Positions 1 through 12,497 of a stretch of 64,000 nucleotides of DNA are shown here, piece by piece. Under the pieces are notes generated by a model, which had not been told where the DNA came from, did not search any database, and saw only the letters and a list, made by a program, of their open reading frames with translations. This stretch comes from Cladosporium halotolerans (Eukaryota). Position numbers and translations under genes: made by a program. Each line of letters starts with the position of its first letter. Positions within the stretch are counted from its first letter, which is position 1. The DNA lies in NCBI RefSeq assembly GCF_011745625.1, contig NW_027191483.1, positions 186,001-250,000 on the forward strand, given 5' to 3'.

Positions 1-651
1 TTGGGAAAGTGAGAGCAGGCCTGAGTTGCAGCGCCCAGACATTGGGGCGGGCTTGGGACGGCGAATGGGCGCGCCACCCGCTGCTGCTGCTGTGGATATC
101 CGGAGCCCGCAGACGGAGACGGGGGAGAGCTGCAGCTGCAGATGTACGTGTGATGTAGCTGTGCGAGTCGACAGTGATGATGTCTATACTCGGATCTGAC
201 CTTGCGGGCCGTCTCCAGATCAGCAGATGGAGTGCCGTGTGGCAGGGACACACGTACACAGGACATTGGTGTCGCAGAGTCAGGAGCTCGATGTCTTGGC
301 AGGCGTCTTTACTCGCGAAGGCCAATCTCACGTGCGCCAAAGGGCACAGACGACAGACATCCCGTCATCGCCACCTCCACGCTCCGCCTGCAGCTTTGAT
401 TACAATCATCACGGCTAGGGGCTCGCCAGATCTCAAACGCTCATGAAACGAGCTCTCGAGCCCTTGGCGTCACTGACTTCCAACCAAAGGCTTGTCGCAT
501 CGTGGTTCAAGCATCGACTTGGCCTCCCAGGACATGACGAGCTGCGGTCTGGTAAGGACTCCCATTAACAATATACGAAACACTGGAACTATGCCCAGCC
601 TATTATCGTCGACGTCCCTCCACCTATCATTACCATCGCAAGAGAACCTTC

Positions 652-3600
652 TCAGCCCAGCTTGATCTCTAGCTCCTTGTTCCAGACACCACCGTGAGTC
701 GCCTCTTCCAGGCCGGTGAGATACACAACGCCGTTCTCAAAGCGAGACTGCACGCCGCCTGTCGCATTCCCACCGTAGTCATGGCCCTGGTTGACACTCA
801 CACTATTCGGACCGCTCTTCGCGCCAGCGATCGTGACATTCGCAAGCGGCAGGCCGTCCTCGAAATCGCCAGAAACAGTGGCGCGCAGAGTGTTGTCCGC
901 GAAAGAGAGCTATCGAACCAAGTCAGTTTGTGAAAGATCCTCGAAACCATGCCGGCAACACTCACATGAACCTCCTTCGTCGCCTCCTGCTCGATATAAA
1001 TCCCATCATCCAGCCACAGCTCCCCCTCCGCCTTCCCATCCTTATCCAACGCTACGACCAGACTCCACGGACTCAGCCTCGACGTCCGCGTCGTGTTCCC
1101 AGCCCTCTGCATGGGAACAATATACCCTCCCCGGACGTGAATCGGCTGGTGCTCCAGCGGCGCCCGCAGCGTCTTGTTCTCGCCCGCGCCCACCACCTCC
1201 TCGCGCAGCGTGTACCAGTCGTACCAGCGCTCGCCCTCGGCGACGCCGGGGAAGACGCCGCGCACGCTCGTCGCGAGCGCTTCGAGCACGGGCGTCACGA
1301 GCAGCGCGGGGCCGGACATGAACTGCGTCTCGATGCCTGCGAGCGATGCGTCGTTGGGGAATTCCCACGCCAGGGCGCGCAGGACGGTTTCGCCGGCGGC
1401 GTGCGCGCGGTGGAAGAGCGTGTAGGTGTAGGGGAGCAGGCTGTAGCGGATGTTCATGATGCGGCGCGTGGACTCGGCCGTCGTGGACCAGCGGTAGGCT
1501 TCTTGCGCGATGGTGTTGCGGTTGTTGTGGTTTCTCTGTTGGGTGGGGGTTAGTTGGGTGTCGCGTTGGTGAGGTCTGGGTGGCTACTGACGTAGAAGGG
1601 GAACCAGGCGCTCAGCTGCATCCAGCGCGTGCAGAGCTGCATGTCGGCGTTGCCGTTGAAGCCGCAGGTTTCGACGCCGAAGTAGGGGATGCCCGCGATG
1701 CCGAAGGCGAGCGCCTGCGAGATGCCGAAGTACATGTTGCCCCACATGGAGTTGGTGTCGCCTGGTTCGTGGATGTCAGTATGGTTTGAGCATTTCCGTC
1801 GTTGGCATTCGGGACTTACCACCCCAGGTTCCAGCGAAAGTGCCACTACCAGCGAAGGTGCTCCTCGCGAGGAAGAACGGCCTCTTGCCGCCGTATGTCG
1901 CAACGAGAGCATTGTACGAAGCATTGCCGCTCGTGTGGCCGTAGAGGTTGTGCAGCTCGTATTCCGTGCTGTTGTGCGGGCCATCGTTGTGCGTAGCGTT
2001 CGGCGAAATGGCCTGCTTGACCAAGCTGTGTCCGTCGAGGAAGTTGTTGATAGCGTAGGGCGGGAAATTCAAGTTCCGGACGCCCGGCGTGGGAATCGTG
2101 CGGGCGTACACCGGTGTAGGGGTCGCGGTGGGTGTAGGGTACGCAGAAGACTGGGAAGCCTGCAGTGAGCTGTATATGGCTGCCTCGGTAGAGTTAGTGA
2201 CGTTGAAGGATTCCGACGTCCTGTAGTCGACGGTGACGCTCGTGTTGGCATCGCCGGGCAGCATGATGGGAATGTGGGCAGGGTTGAGCGAGAGCTGGGA
2301 TGCGCCGCAGCTACCGGTGCACCAAGAAGGTGCGTCGGAGATGTCCAACCACCAGCCGTCGAACTCGAGCTGCTCAAAGTACCTCTTGAACTCGTCGGTC
2401 CAGAATTGTTGAGCGTTGGGGTCTTTGGTGAAGTCTGGCCAGACACTGAAGCCCGGCCATTCAGTGCCGTAGTAGTCCTCGTCACCATTCTTGATGTAAA
2501 GGTCAAGAGCTGCGCCCCGGTCAAATGTCGGGAATGAATCGCTTGCGTTCGTCGGGTCGGGGACGTAGACCTGGGATGTGTGTCAACATCATTCTCAGCA
2601 TCAGTCACAACTGCCACTTACGTTCGGATCGAGGATTGGGAGCCAGTACTGGCCATTGGCGTGCAAGCGAGCAAGGAAATCGAGGCCTTCGTCGACGCCA
2701 TAGTTCGCGTTATGAGAGAAGATACGATTGAGGTACAGGTAGTCGAGATCGCTCATGACGCCCTCCAGCTGAATCTCAGCTTGGGCATACAGATCAATGA
2801 CATCTTGCAGATTTGTCCAGTTAAGGTATCCCCTAGATTGGATTAGTACTTTCCGCACCTAATATCAGGACGACGCTCGACTCACCATCTGCACTGGTAG
2901 AACCCGAGAGCCCAGTATGGCTGCAGACCAGGAGTGCCGATGATGCCAGTGTGGTACTGGCTGATCACCTCTTTCGGAGTCGGTCCGCTCATGAAATACA
3001 AGTCGAAACTACCACCGATAGTACGGTAAGTGACACTGTCGTCCCTCAAGAGCCAATCCTGGCCGTGTGCGTTGCGAGCGTAGACACCATGAGAGGTAGA
3101 AGACGCATTGTCAGCGCCGTATCTCGTCTCAACGTACACAGGGTGCGTGTCGTGGCCATTGACATCGATCTCCTGATCGTTCTCCAAGTTGTACGCGTTC
3201 CAGAATGTCTGCGTCCAGTTGTTGCCCAACCTGAAACCGTGGATGCTCGCCGCGAGTCCGTAGATGTTGTAGTTCGGGACCATGTTGGTCTTCAGCTCGA
3301 GGAACTGGTCCTCGAACACGATCTTGTGACCGTACGTGTCGAAGATGACTTCGCCGGAGCTCGCGCGCTCGATGCGGAATTGAAAGCTGGGATCGTTGCT
3401 CCAGGTGAACGAGAGGTCGCTCTTGTTCTTGGTGCAGCCGTCTTCAATGGATGGTTTCGGGGTGAGGTCCGGCGAGAGGATGTAGAGCGACTCGTTGCTT
3501 GGAGCCAAGTGCTTTGGCCAGATGCGGACAGAGAGGCGCTCTTTCGATTGGTACTCGACTGCGAGAGTCAGGTCGGCGATGTCATTGCCGTAGACGTTGC

Positions 3601-3899
3601 AACCGTCGCCGGCGAGAGTTAAGTCGGCAGTGATTTTGTTGCTGGTCTCTTGGACGTTTGAAGCTTTGTATCCAGGGCACTCATCTTGTGCGTCTGGCGC
3701 TGTGGTGTCAAGAACATTGGGTGTCACGCTCGGGGCATAGTTTGCGGACACGGGAATACTTGGACTTGGTGGAAAGGCAGGAGGATACTGTGCTTGCTGG
3801 GCTGACTGGTGTTAGCATGGCCATTTGACCTTCCTTACGCTGTCCCATACCTGTCGCAAGCATTGGCAAAGCCCACGCCAAAGCCGTAAACCAATGCAT
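652..3899 (-). CDS. Secreted GH31 alpha-glucosidase-like glycoside hydrolase (multi-exon)
   Basis: ATG at 3899 gives signal peptide MHWFTALAWALPMLATA. Introns include 3802-3850 and 910-965, plus others near 2.83-2.89, 2.57-2.62, 1.76-1.82 and 1.54-1.59 kb. GH31 motifs: CPGYKA, YWALGFYQCRWGY, GWWLDISD (nucleophile region), HNLYGH, RSTFAGSG, CGFNGN, RWMQLSAWFPFY, QFMSGPALLVTPV. Last exon read manually to TGA at 652-654. Confidence 0.93.
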
Positions 3900-4778
3900 T
3901 CTCAAGTGCAGGGTTGTCTACTGAGTGGATGATCGGAGCTCGAGCTATGGAAACAACTTCATTCACGACAAAACATCGTCCTCAAGTATCGCGCCCACGA
4001 CTCCTCCATCCTCGGTTGCCTATCAACGTCATCTGTCTTGCGCAGATCATCACAAGATCCCCATGCTCGAATTGTACAATGGCTGAACCCAGATTCGGGG
4101 CTTTGAGTACGGTGGCCCACACCGAGAGCTCTTTGAATTGGATGCTCGGAAACCAAAGATCAGCTCTGCATCTCCAGATCGAACGCCGATCACCTTTTGC
4201 ATCGTCATACAGGCAACTCGAAGAGCCGCATGCCGGGATGCCGCGGTATTTGTAAGAGCCTCCGAAGTCTAAAGCGTCACTCTTCACCACATGGGATGGA
4301 GTACCTGAAGATCTGCGCGGGGAAGATGGCTGATGTGTGGATCAAGCTTGATGGTTTGCGGAGTCCGGAGAGCTTGCCCCAGAGCTTGACAAAGGCATCA
4401 AGAATAGCTTGTTTTTCTCCATTGATTGTATCGGTAAAGTTAAGCGCTAGGTGCTACCGGGTCAGTGGATACTGATCATATCACGGAGTTTGCGCCGAGC
4501 GGTAGAGCCATGTGATTACATGCTTCGCGGTCGATGGCGTGGGAGACGGGAGATTGACATGGCATCCGTCTAGAACGCGAACAAATATACAACAGGGAAA
4601 TTTGTGAGAGATTTCAAACAACAATCGAAAATGGAGGATCGTGGAGTGTACAGGGTATGTGATAATGCTCGAAACGAGATGCAAGAGGTTAGATATAGTA
4701 CAGAAGGAAGCAGAGTGCGCCTACCATGCATTCGCTACAACGTTGTCAATCGAAAACAAATGTACGATGCAGCGCAGC

Positions 4779-6185
4779 CTAGAAGACACGATCGCTGCCG
4801 CTGGCTTCATCAACAGCAACAGTGTTCGCAGGCTTACGCATGAATGCGTCTACGAGAACTCCAGCAGCGACTCCGACGTTCATGCTGTCGACCCCAACAT
4901 CGATGGCGCTTTTTGAAGGCATTCCACGTTCGATGGTGACTTCGAGGTCAGCTTTTGAGCGAAGATTGGCCCGCAATCCTTCACCTTCCGAGCCCAGCAG
5001 TAATATGTGCGGATGCCTGATTAGGGGGCTTTGGACAGCAAGGCTGCCAGAGGTGACTTGTTTGTTCAATGAGCGAGATCTCGCATCGGGTGCGACAGCA
5101 GCACAGATTCGCCAGCCAGCTTTGCCGCTATCCGTGATGAAGGCCGATGGTTTGTTGACTGCAAGAATTGGAACCGCTTCGCATGCGCCGGCGCTAGCCT
5201 TCGCAAATATGGGAGACTGCAGGTTGGCACATGTATTGACTGCGACAGCGACAGCATCCACGCCATAGAAATGCGCAGTGCGTACGATTCCGCCCAAGTT
5301 GCCGGGGTCAGTGATGCCATCGAGGAACAAAACGAACGGGTGTCGCCACGAGGATGTGTCGTATGTCAGCGTTGGGGAAGTCCCGTTGATGTCAGCATCC
5401 TCTGCGTTCTGTGAGCCAAGCACCAGTTGCACGCTCCCTGAATCTTTGTCAGGCTTCCTCATCTGAGCAACTGGTGGACTCGGCAGACGAGATGCCTCAA
5501 GGACGGCGCCGTTATGAGGCCTGCCCTCACTGATCTTGTCGAGGAGATTCGTATCTCGGTGGTAAGTTATTGGCACTCCGGCATCTTTTGCGAGCGCCCT
5601 GATCTCTCTTGCGTCGGAAGTCCTCTCGGCGTCCTTGAGGTGCAATTTATAAAACTTTCGTTTGTTGGCACGCAGTGCCGCCACGATGGGATTAACACCG
5701 TAGAGAAATTGGCTGGAGGCGGTGGTGTAGGGTATGGCCATTGGGATATGATCACGCTCTTTGCGCTCTTTCCGCTCTTTCGTTCCTCTGACCTCCTCGC
5801 CTGTTGAAGAAGCCTCATTTGCATGGCTATTGCTGTCTCTGCTCCTCATGGCCGGATTTTCGGGTTTGGGGACTGTATGTTGCTGTGCTCTTGAATGTCC
5901 AAATCGCGATACACGCCTGTCCCCCTCTCTCCTCGGAGTCCTCTCTTCCCGAAAACCAAGGCCACGTTTGTCATCAACGACCGAAAGCGCATCTCGCCTT
6001 CCATTTCCGGGCCGTGATCGCCTGTCTCCATCTCGATTCGACGTAGACTGCTGACTGGCTCTGATGCCGCGATTGATGGCTGATGTGCGTGAGACATTGC
6101 GTGCAAAGGTTCGCGGCTGCCATAAAGGCGCTCTGATCCAACACCGTGCGCAGATGCTGGCTGGTGATAAAGGCGAAGGCGTCAT
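4779..6185 (-). CDS. MRM1: Mitochondrial rRNA 2'-O-methyltransferase (SPOUT/SpoU family)
   Basis: FLYGVNPIVAAL, RPHNGAVLEAS, LDGITDPGNLGGIVRTAHFYG, LLGSEGEGL, VDSMNVGVAAGVL. Arg-rich N-terminus fits a mitochondrial presequence. First ATG at 6185. Confidence 0.9.
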   Translation of the reverse strand: MTPSPLSPASICARCWIRAPLWQPRTFARNVSRTSAINRGIRASQQSTSNRDGDRRSRPGNGRRDALSVVDDKRGLGFREERTPRREGDRRVSRFGHSRAQQHTVPKPENPAMRSRDSNSHANEASSTGEEVRGTKERKERKERDHIPMAIPYTTASSQFLYGVNPIVAALRANKRKFYKLHLKDAERTSDAREIRALAKDAGVPITYHRDTNLLDKISEGRPHNGAVLEASRLPSPPVAQMRKPDKDSGSVQLVLGSQNAEDADINGTSPTLTYDTSSWRHPFVLFLDGITDPGNLGGIVRTAHFYGVDAVAVAVNTCANLQSPIFAKASAGACEAVPILAVNKPSAFITDSGKAGWRICAAVAPDARSRSLNKQVTSGSLAVQSPLIRHPHILLLGSEGEGLRANLRSKADLEVTIERGMPSKSAIDVGVDSMNVGVAAGVLVDAFMRKPANTVAVDEASGSDRVF

Positions 6186-6513
6186 AGCGATGGAAGGTCG
6201 CCTGTGGAAAGGAAAATTAAGGTCAAGCTCGTCGAGCTTGTGAAAGCATGTGAACGCTGCTGCAGGGCAAGCCAGACCCCGCAAGTCGGTCGCGTCGCAT
6301 GGAGAACAGGCGCGTCTACCAGCGACCTTCAATTAACATTTCACTTTCGATCACGCGCACTCCCACATATCCCCCTGTTTTGAAAGGTTTGCAGCTGCTA
6401 TGCGACCACATCGAAGCCCATACGCGCCATTATTGCGAACGCGGGGTTGATCTCTGACACCTTTCTACCTTCTCGCACTTCAGCGCCATTGATTCCACCC
6501 ACGACTAGCCAGA

Positions 6514-9500
6514 ATGGCCTTCAGTTTCGAGGCCGGCAACTCGTCCTCTGATGACGACGCAGTCGGTGATGTTTCAGCATGGCAGGCAAACGCAAAACGC
6601 AAGGAGAAAACGCCCCCGCGACGGACATCTGGTTTCCAGGCGGTGAATCGGCCGGTTCAAGAGCGCATTGCTATGCGATCGACACCTGATCCCGAGTCTT
6701 CTCCGCCTAGGACACATGCGCCTGCTGCTCAAATGAAGCCTGTGACAGAGGCTACAGTCATCTCTTCTGGCGAGGAGTCTAGCTCCGAGGAGGACAGTGT
6801 CCGTGAGAAGGAAGTTTTGCCTGTCGCCGCCCAACCGGTTGCGATCGAAGAGTCGGGACATGAAGACAATGCGTCGCACGAGCAGGACGAAGAGAAGTTT
6901 CGGGACGCTTTAGAGGATCTCGGACACCTCAGGGAGACACCAGAGCAAAATGCCGAGGATGCAGATGAAATTGTTGTCCCGGAAAGCACGCTGGAAGTTT
7001 TTATTCCACAAGATGAGATCGACGAGGAGGAGCTTGGTCAAATCGTGGACTTCAGTGCTGGCGGTGATGTGGTTCTTCGCGTGCTGAATGAGCGGGAAGG
7101 TGAAGATGGAATGATGGCATACGCAGTCGAGTTCGAGGACAGGCACGCTGACGAGGTACGTTTTGCATGTGATCGCACAAGATTCTTGGTTATATAAAGC
7201 GGTGACTCTTGCCGCTACTTTCCTTGTGCATTTCACTGTTTCTCTACAACACTGCGAGTCCGCGACCACCCGACTGACTGTCTACCCAGATCTCATTTGC
7301 CGATCTGCTACTTCTTCAGAACGGCCAGGAATCACTCAATCGATTTGAAGTCGAGGCTTCACCCGAACCCGAGCCCCAATCGAAGGGCAAGAGCCGCCGG
7401 TCGAGTGAGAGGATGTCTTCGACACGCCCTCGAGCTCGCGCGGCGCCTCGGAAGGACTTCGTGAGCACTATGGATGCGGTCGAGCTCTCAGAAAGCGAGC
7501 AGGTATCTGAAAGTGAGGCTCCGCGCGCTCGCAAGCGGCGTCAGGTTCACAATCAGTACCTTCAATCAGCAGAATCTGAAGAGTCCGAGGATGATCTCGA
7601 GTCAGATATCCCGTCCAGACGTCGCAAACAGAAAGACGCTGCTCCCGCAAGAAGATCACTTCGCAAAGCCGCTCGAGGAACGCAACTTGATGACTCCGAT
7701 CGCGACATTATCTTAGGCAACGACCTCATGGATGATGAGGATGAGGACGACGACGATGATGGCGCATTCGTGCTGAAGTCAGATATCCCGGGCGTGAGAA
7801 AGCGCACACGCGCGACTCGTAACGGTCGCGACAACCTTAGAGACTCGGATTCCAGCAAGCGTATACGTGCTGGCGAACGCCAGAGTGCTCGCACCACTAG
7901 GCACGTCGGGGCAATGCAAGAGGTCGATATTGATAACATCTATCGCTCTGACAGCTTCGACGTCGCCAGGCAACCCCCGAAGCCAAAGCTTGTGGCTGCA
8001 AAGGAGACTTTCCAACAACTGCCTCGCAACGACGAGTTCAGGATCCGGCACAATCAGCATTGCGAGACTTGCACTAACGGTGTGAATTTCGCTCCTCTGA
8101 TCTACTGCCAGGGTTGCACGCTTGCCTATCACAAGCAGTGTCTTGGCCACCGGTCCAGTCGTGAGCACCTGGTGACCAAAGTCGGAGAGAATGAGTTTGT
8201 CTTGCAGTGTAGACGCTGTGTCGCATACCCTCGCAAGAAAGACCTCTCAGCTCCGGACCAGGGCAAGTGTCAAGACTGCTACCATCATGGAACAGCTTGT
8301 CGACCTTTCCGGAGCAGAAAAACGCCTACGCAAAAACAGCGTGAGCGCGAAGAGAACGACGGCGTGGACCCAGTGCACGAAGTGGACCCTTCTCGGATCA
8401 ACAATGCAGACAATGTGCTTTTCCGGTGCATCATTTGCTTCCGCGGGTTTCATTTTGAGCACCTTCCTTCACGCTCTGATATGATGGAGCTGGACACCGA
8501 TGCTGACGCTGAGCAACGCTTCCGCGAGTATAGCCGCGATTGGAAGTGTAAAGAGTGCCTCAACATGCCAGCCAAGGTCTCCGGACTCCTTGCCTGGAAG
8601 CCCAACGATGAAGACAACTACGACGATGCCATGGCCATCGACGAAATCAACGAGGAGGAAAAGGCCTATCTCATTAGATGGGAAGGGCAGTCCTATTTCC
8701 GTGCGTGCTGGATGCCTGGAGCCTGGGTTTGGGGCGTTACTTCTGTTTCAATGCGGAAAGCGTTTGCGAAACGTGACGAAGCCAAGAGACCGAAAATGCG
8801 CACTGAGGAGGCTATCCCAGAAGACTTCCTTCGTGCGGACATCGTGCTTGATATCAAGTTCACGAGTATCGTCGACATTCGCACCGAAGACATTGACAAA
8901 GCTCGTATCCGCGAAGTTGATAAAGCTCTGATCAAGTACAAAGGCCTGGGCTACGAAGACGCTGTCTGGGAGACGCCTCCAACTCCAGATGATGGCGATC
9001 GTTGGACTGATTTCGTGACGGCATACAACGACTGGGTACTTGGCCGCTATGTACGTCCACCCAAGTCTTCGACCCTCAGAGCTCGTCTGGAGAAAGTACG
9101 AAAGACCAACTTCGAAGATCTTGAAAAGACGTCGCAGCCCGAGTCGATCAAGGGAGGCGATCTGATGAAATACCAATTGGAGGGCTTGAATTGGCTGTAC
9201 TTCAAGTGGTATCAGCACACCAATGCCATCCTCGCTGACGAGATGGGCTTGGGCAAGACCATTCAGATCATTGGCTTCTTAGCTACACTCGTCCAGGAGC
9301 ACACATGCTTCCCTTTCTTGATCGTAGTGCCTAACTCAACATGTCCCAACTGGCGTCGCGAAATCAAGAGATGGGCTCCTGATCTCCGCGTGGTCGCTTT
9401 CTACGGCTCAAAGGAGAGCAGAGATCTTGCATACCGCCATGAGATGTTCCCCGAGAACAGCAAAGACCTTCGCTGCCATGTGGTCGTTACATCTTACGAT

Positions 9501-12278
9501 GCTGCTGCCGACGATAGCGCTCGCAGGTTCTTCCGCAGCGTCCAGTGGCAGGGTTTGATCGTTGACGAAGGCCAGCGTTTGAAGAACGAAAAGACACAGC
9601 TATACTCGGCCTTGGGAGCACTCAAAGCGCCCTTCAAGGTTTTAATGACGGGTACTCCATTGCAAAACAATACGCGGGAACTTTTCAATCTACTCCACTT
9701 CCTTGATGAAACCCAAAATGTTGAAAAGCTGGAGAAAGAGTACGAGGATCTCGACCAGGCCAAGATCACCAAATTGCATAACCTTATCAGGCCCTTCTTT
9801 CTTCGTCGCACCAAAGCGCAGGTCTTGACCTTCCTGCCTCCGATGGCGCAAATCATCCTGCCTGTCAGCATGAGCGTCTTGCAAAAGAAGGTTTATCGTA
9901 CTATCCTCGCGAAGAACCCAGAGCTCATGCGCGCTATCTTCAGCTCGGAACAGAATCTGGGCAAGGGAGAAAAGGCAAGCTTAAGCAATGTACTCATGCA
10001 GCTGCGCAAGTGTCTGTGTCATCCTTTCGTGTACAGCAGAGGAATCGAAGAGCGCCATGACAACTTGTCACTCTCGCATCGGAACCTCGTAGACGCCAGC
10101 AGCAAGCTCAAGCTCCTCGAAGTCCTGCTGCCGAAACTTCAGGAGCGCGGCCACCGCGTATTGGTTTTCAGTCAGTTCCTTGACATGCTGGACATGGTCG
10201 AGGACTTCCTCGACGGCATGGCGCTTCAATACCAGCGCTTGGACGGCTCGATCAGCAGTTTGCAGAAGCAGAAGCGCATTGACGAGTTCAATGACCCCGA
10301 GTCGCAGCTGTTCGCTTTCTTATTGTCCACTCGTGCCGGAGGTGTCGGTATCAACTTGGCAACTGCTGACACAGTAATCATCCTCGATCCTGACTTCAAC
10401 CCGCATCAAGACATCCAGGCTCTGAGCCGAGCTCACCGTATCGGTCAGACAAAGAAGGTACTATGTTTCCAGCTAGTCACCCGTGCGAGTGCGGAGGAGA
10501 AAATCATGCAAATTGGTCGCAAGAAGCTTGCGCTTGATCATGTCCTCATTCAGGAGATGGACACAGACGATGCAGATGAACACGATCTGGTGACGGTACT
10601 CCGTCACGGTGCAAGCGAGCTTTTTGAGGACAGCGGCGAGCAGGACATCATCTACGACAGCACCAACGTGGAACAGCTCCTCGACAGAAGCCGCGTCGAG
10701 GATAACAACCTCGGAGGCGACCAATCAGCCGAGACACAATTTAGCCATGCCAGAGTCTGGGCGAACACCTCAGGTGGACTCGAAGATGTGGCCCTAGACG
10801 GAGCCGAAGAGACAGCTCCTGACCCCAGCGTGTGGGCGAACATCCTCAAGGAGCGTGAGCGCGTCGCCAATGAAGAAGCTGCCGCAAAGGCGGAAGCGCT
10901 TGGCCGCGGTCGCCGCAACAGGGATAAGATCGATTACGCAGGTGACAATGTTGGAGACGCAGAGGGCCTTGAGATTTCGCCGCTCAAGAAACAGCGCAAG
11001 GCTAAGGACCCCGACGAGAGCGATACCGATTTTCAAGCTGACGACAGTGATGCCGACGACGGCGCCGACGATGGTGAGAACGCGGATACTGACATGTTGG
11101 ATGCGGACGATATGGGCATTGCTAAACAGAACTTAGGGCGCAAGAAAACCGGTAAGCAAAATCTCCCTCTAAAAAAGCAACTTCCTACACCTGCAGCTAC
11201 ACCTTCGAAACCGAAGCGAGGCCGTCCGGCGGCTGAGAAGGCTGCGGCTACGCCTGCAAAGAAACGGGCGACTGTGACAAAGGCTCCTCCTTCAACGAAG
11301 AAGCCTGCGAAGCCACCAAAGAAGCCGAAAGAGCCGAAAGAGCGCGTTAGGCCGGTGCCTGCAAAGACTGCCTCTGCTGTTGCGAAAAAGTCGGCGGCCG
11401 AGAAAGAGCAGCCCGAGGCTGTCCAGAAGGCTTCCGCTTCGAGTTTCAAGCAGAAAATGGCAGAAGCAGTGAAACAGAAAAACGCCAAAACGAATTCCTC
11501 GAAGGCCTGCATCGCTAGCAACTCGGCTGGTTCAGAAGATGCCACGTCCAACACTCTGGCATCACCAGCGAAGAAGAACAGGCCAGCAGCCTTCAAGCCG
11601 TCCGTCAACGGCACGCCAAACCCCCCTATCACCACTGGAAACACAAACGGCAATAAGAACCCAGAGAGAGGCTTACAATTGTGAAACCAGCTCCTCCTAA
11701 CTTTCGCCGTGCCCACATTCCCCAAGCACAAGTTCCGTCTCCAGAAGGCATCTCAACCCCGATCAACAACGGCGCACCTCGTGAACAACCTCACTCTCTT
11801 GAAGATTACATCAATTGCATGGCATGCAAGACACGGCATCTACTCGGCTCTTGCCCTCTGAAAACCGCTGGCGTAGAGTATTGCAACCTTTGTGGCATCG
11901 CCCACTACGGTCACTCGCGTGTGTGCCCTCACATCACGTCAGAGACTCAGGTATGAACACCTTTACCGATCTGAACCAAAATCATGCTGACTATGAAATC
12001 CCTGCTAGGTGCGCGCAATGCTCGAAGCCCTCAAATCGTCACACGAACCCGAACACCTCGTTGCGCAAGCCACTCGCTACCTCAAAGGCCTCAAGGGCAA
12101 CCTCGTCCAGATGAAGAAGCACAAACTCGCCAAGGAGCGCGCTAAGGAGGAAGCGGCTTCAAATACCGCGGCTTATCCTCATCAGCATCAACAGTACGAT
12201 TCGAGAACTCAGTGGAAACAGCCCCCTGGGCCCCCGGCTGGGCCTGGGTATTATCAGACGTATGGTTGGTCGGCATAA
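6514..12278 (+). CDS. mit1: Mit1/CHD-type SNF2 chromatin-remodelling ATPase with PHD-like Zn fingers, chromo-like domains and a C-terminal Cys/His Zn finger
   Basis: Intron 7156-7289 joins ORF 6514 in frame to ORF 7413. Motifs ILADEMGLGKT, IVDEGQRLKN, TGTPLQN, STRAGGVGINL, QALSRAHRIGQ. Cys-rich PHD-like N-terminal region. Another intron ends at 11690 (donor ambiguous, see findings) and intron 11951-12008 follows. C-terminal CMAC..H..C/CNLC..H..CPH motif. Confidence 0.9.
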
Positions 12279-12497
12279 TGGGACTTTGTTTCAATAAAGG
12301 AAAGGGAGTGTAGCAGTGTATAGAGGTGTGTTGTTAATGAACAGAAACGAACATATGATCGAAGTGCTGTCCTTGGGTGAGAATGTGACAAGCTTCAGTG
12401 GGAACGGGGCACCTAAAATCGAATGTTTTCGTGATCCTCATGCCCAAGGGTAAAGCTAATGATTCGTCTCAACACTTCTTGCTGCCCCATATGAAGC

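Noticed and set aside
1..650. Short ORFs at the window start
   Set aside because: No recognisable domains or splice support. Probably UTR or promoter sequence of neighbouring genes.
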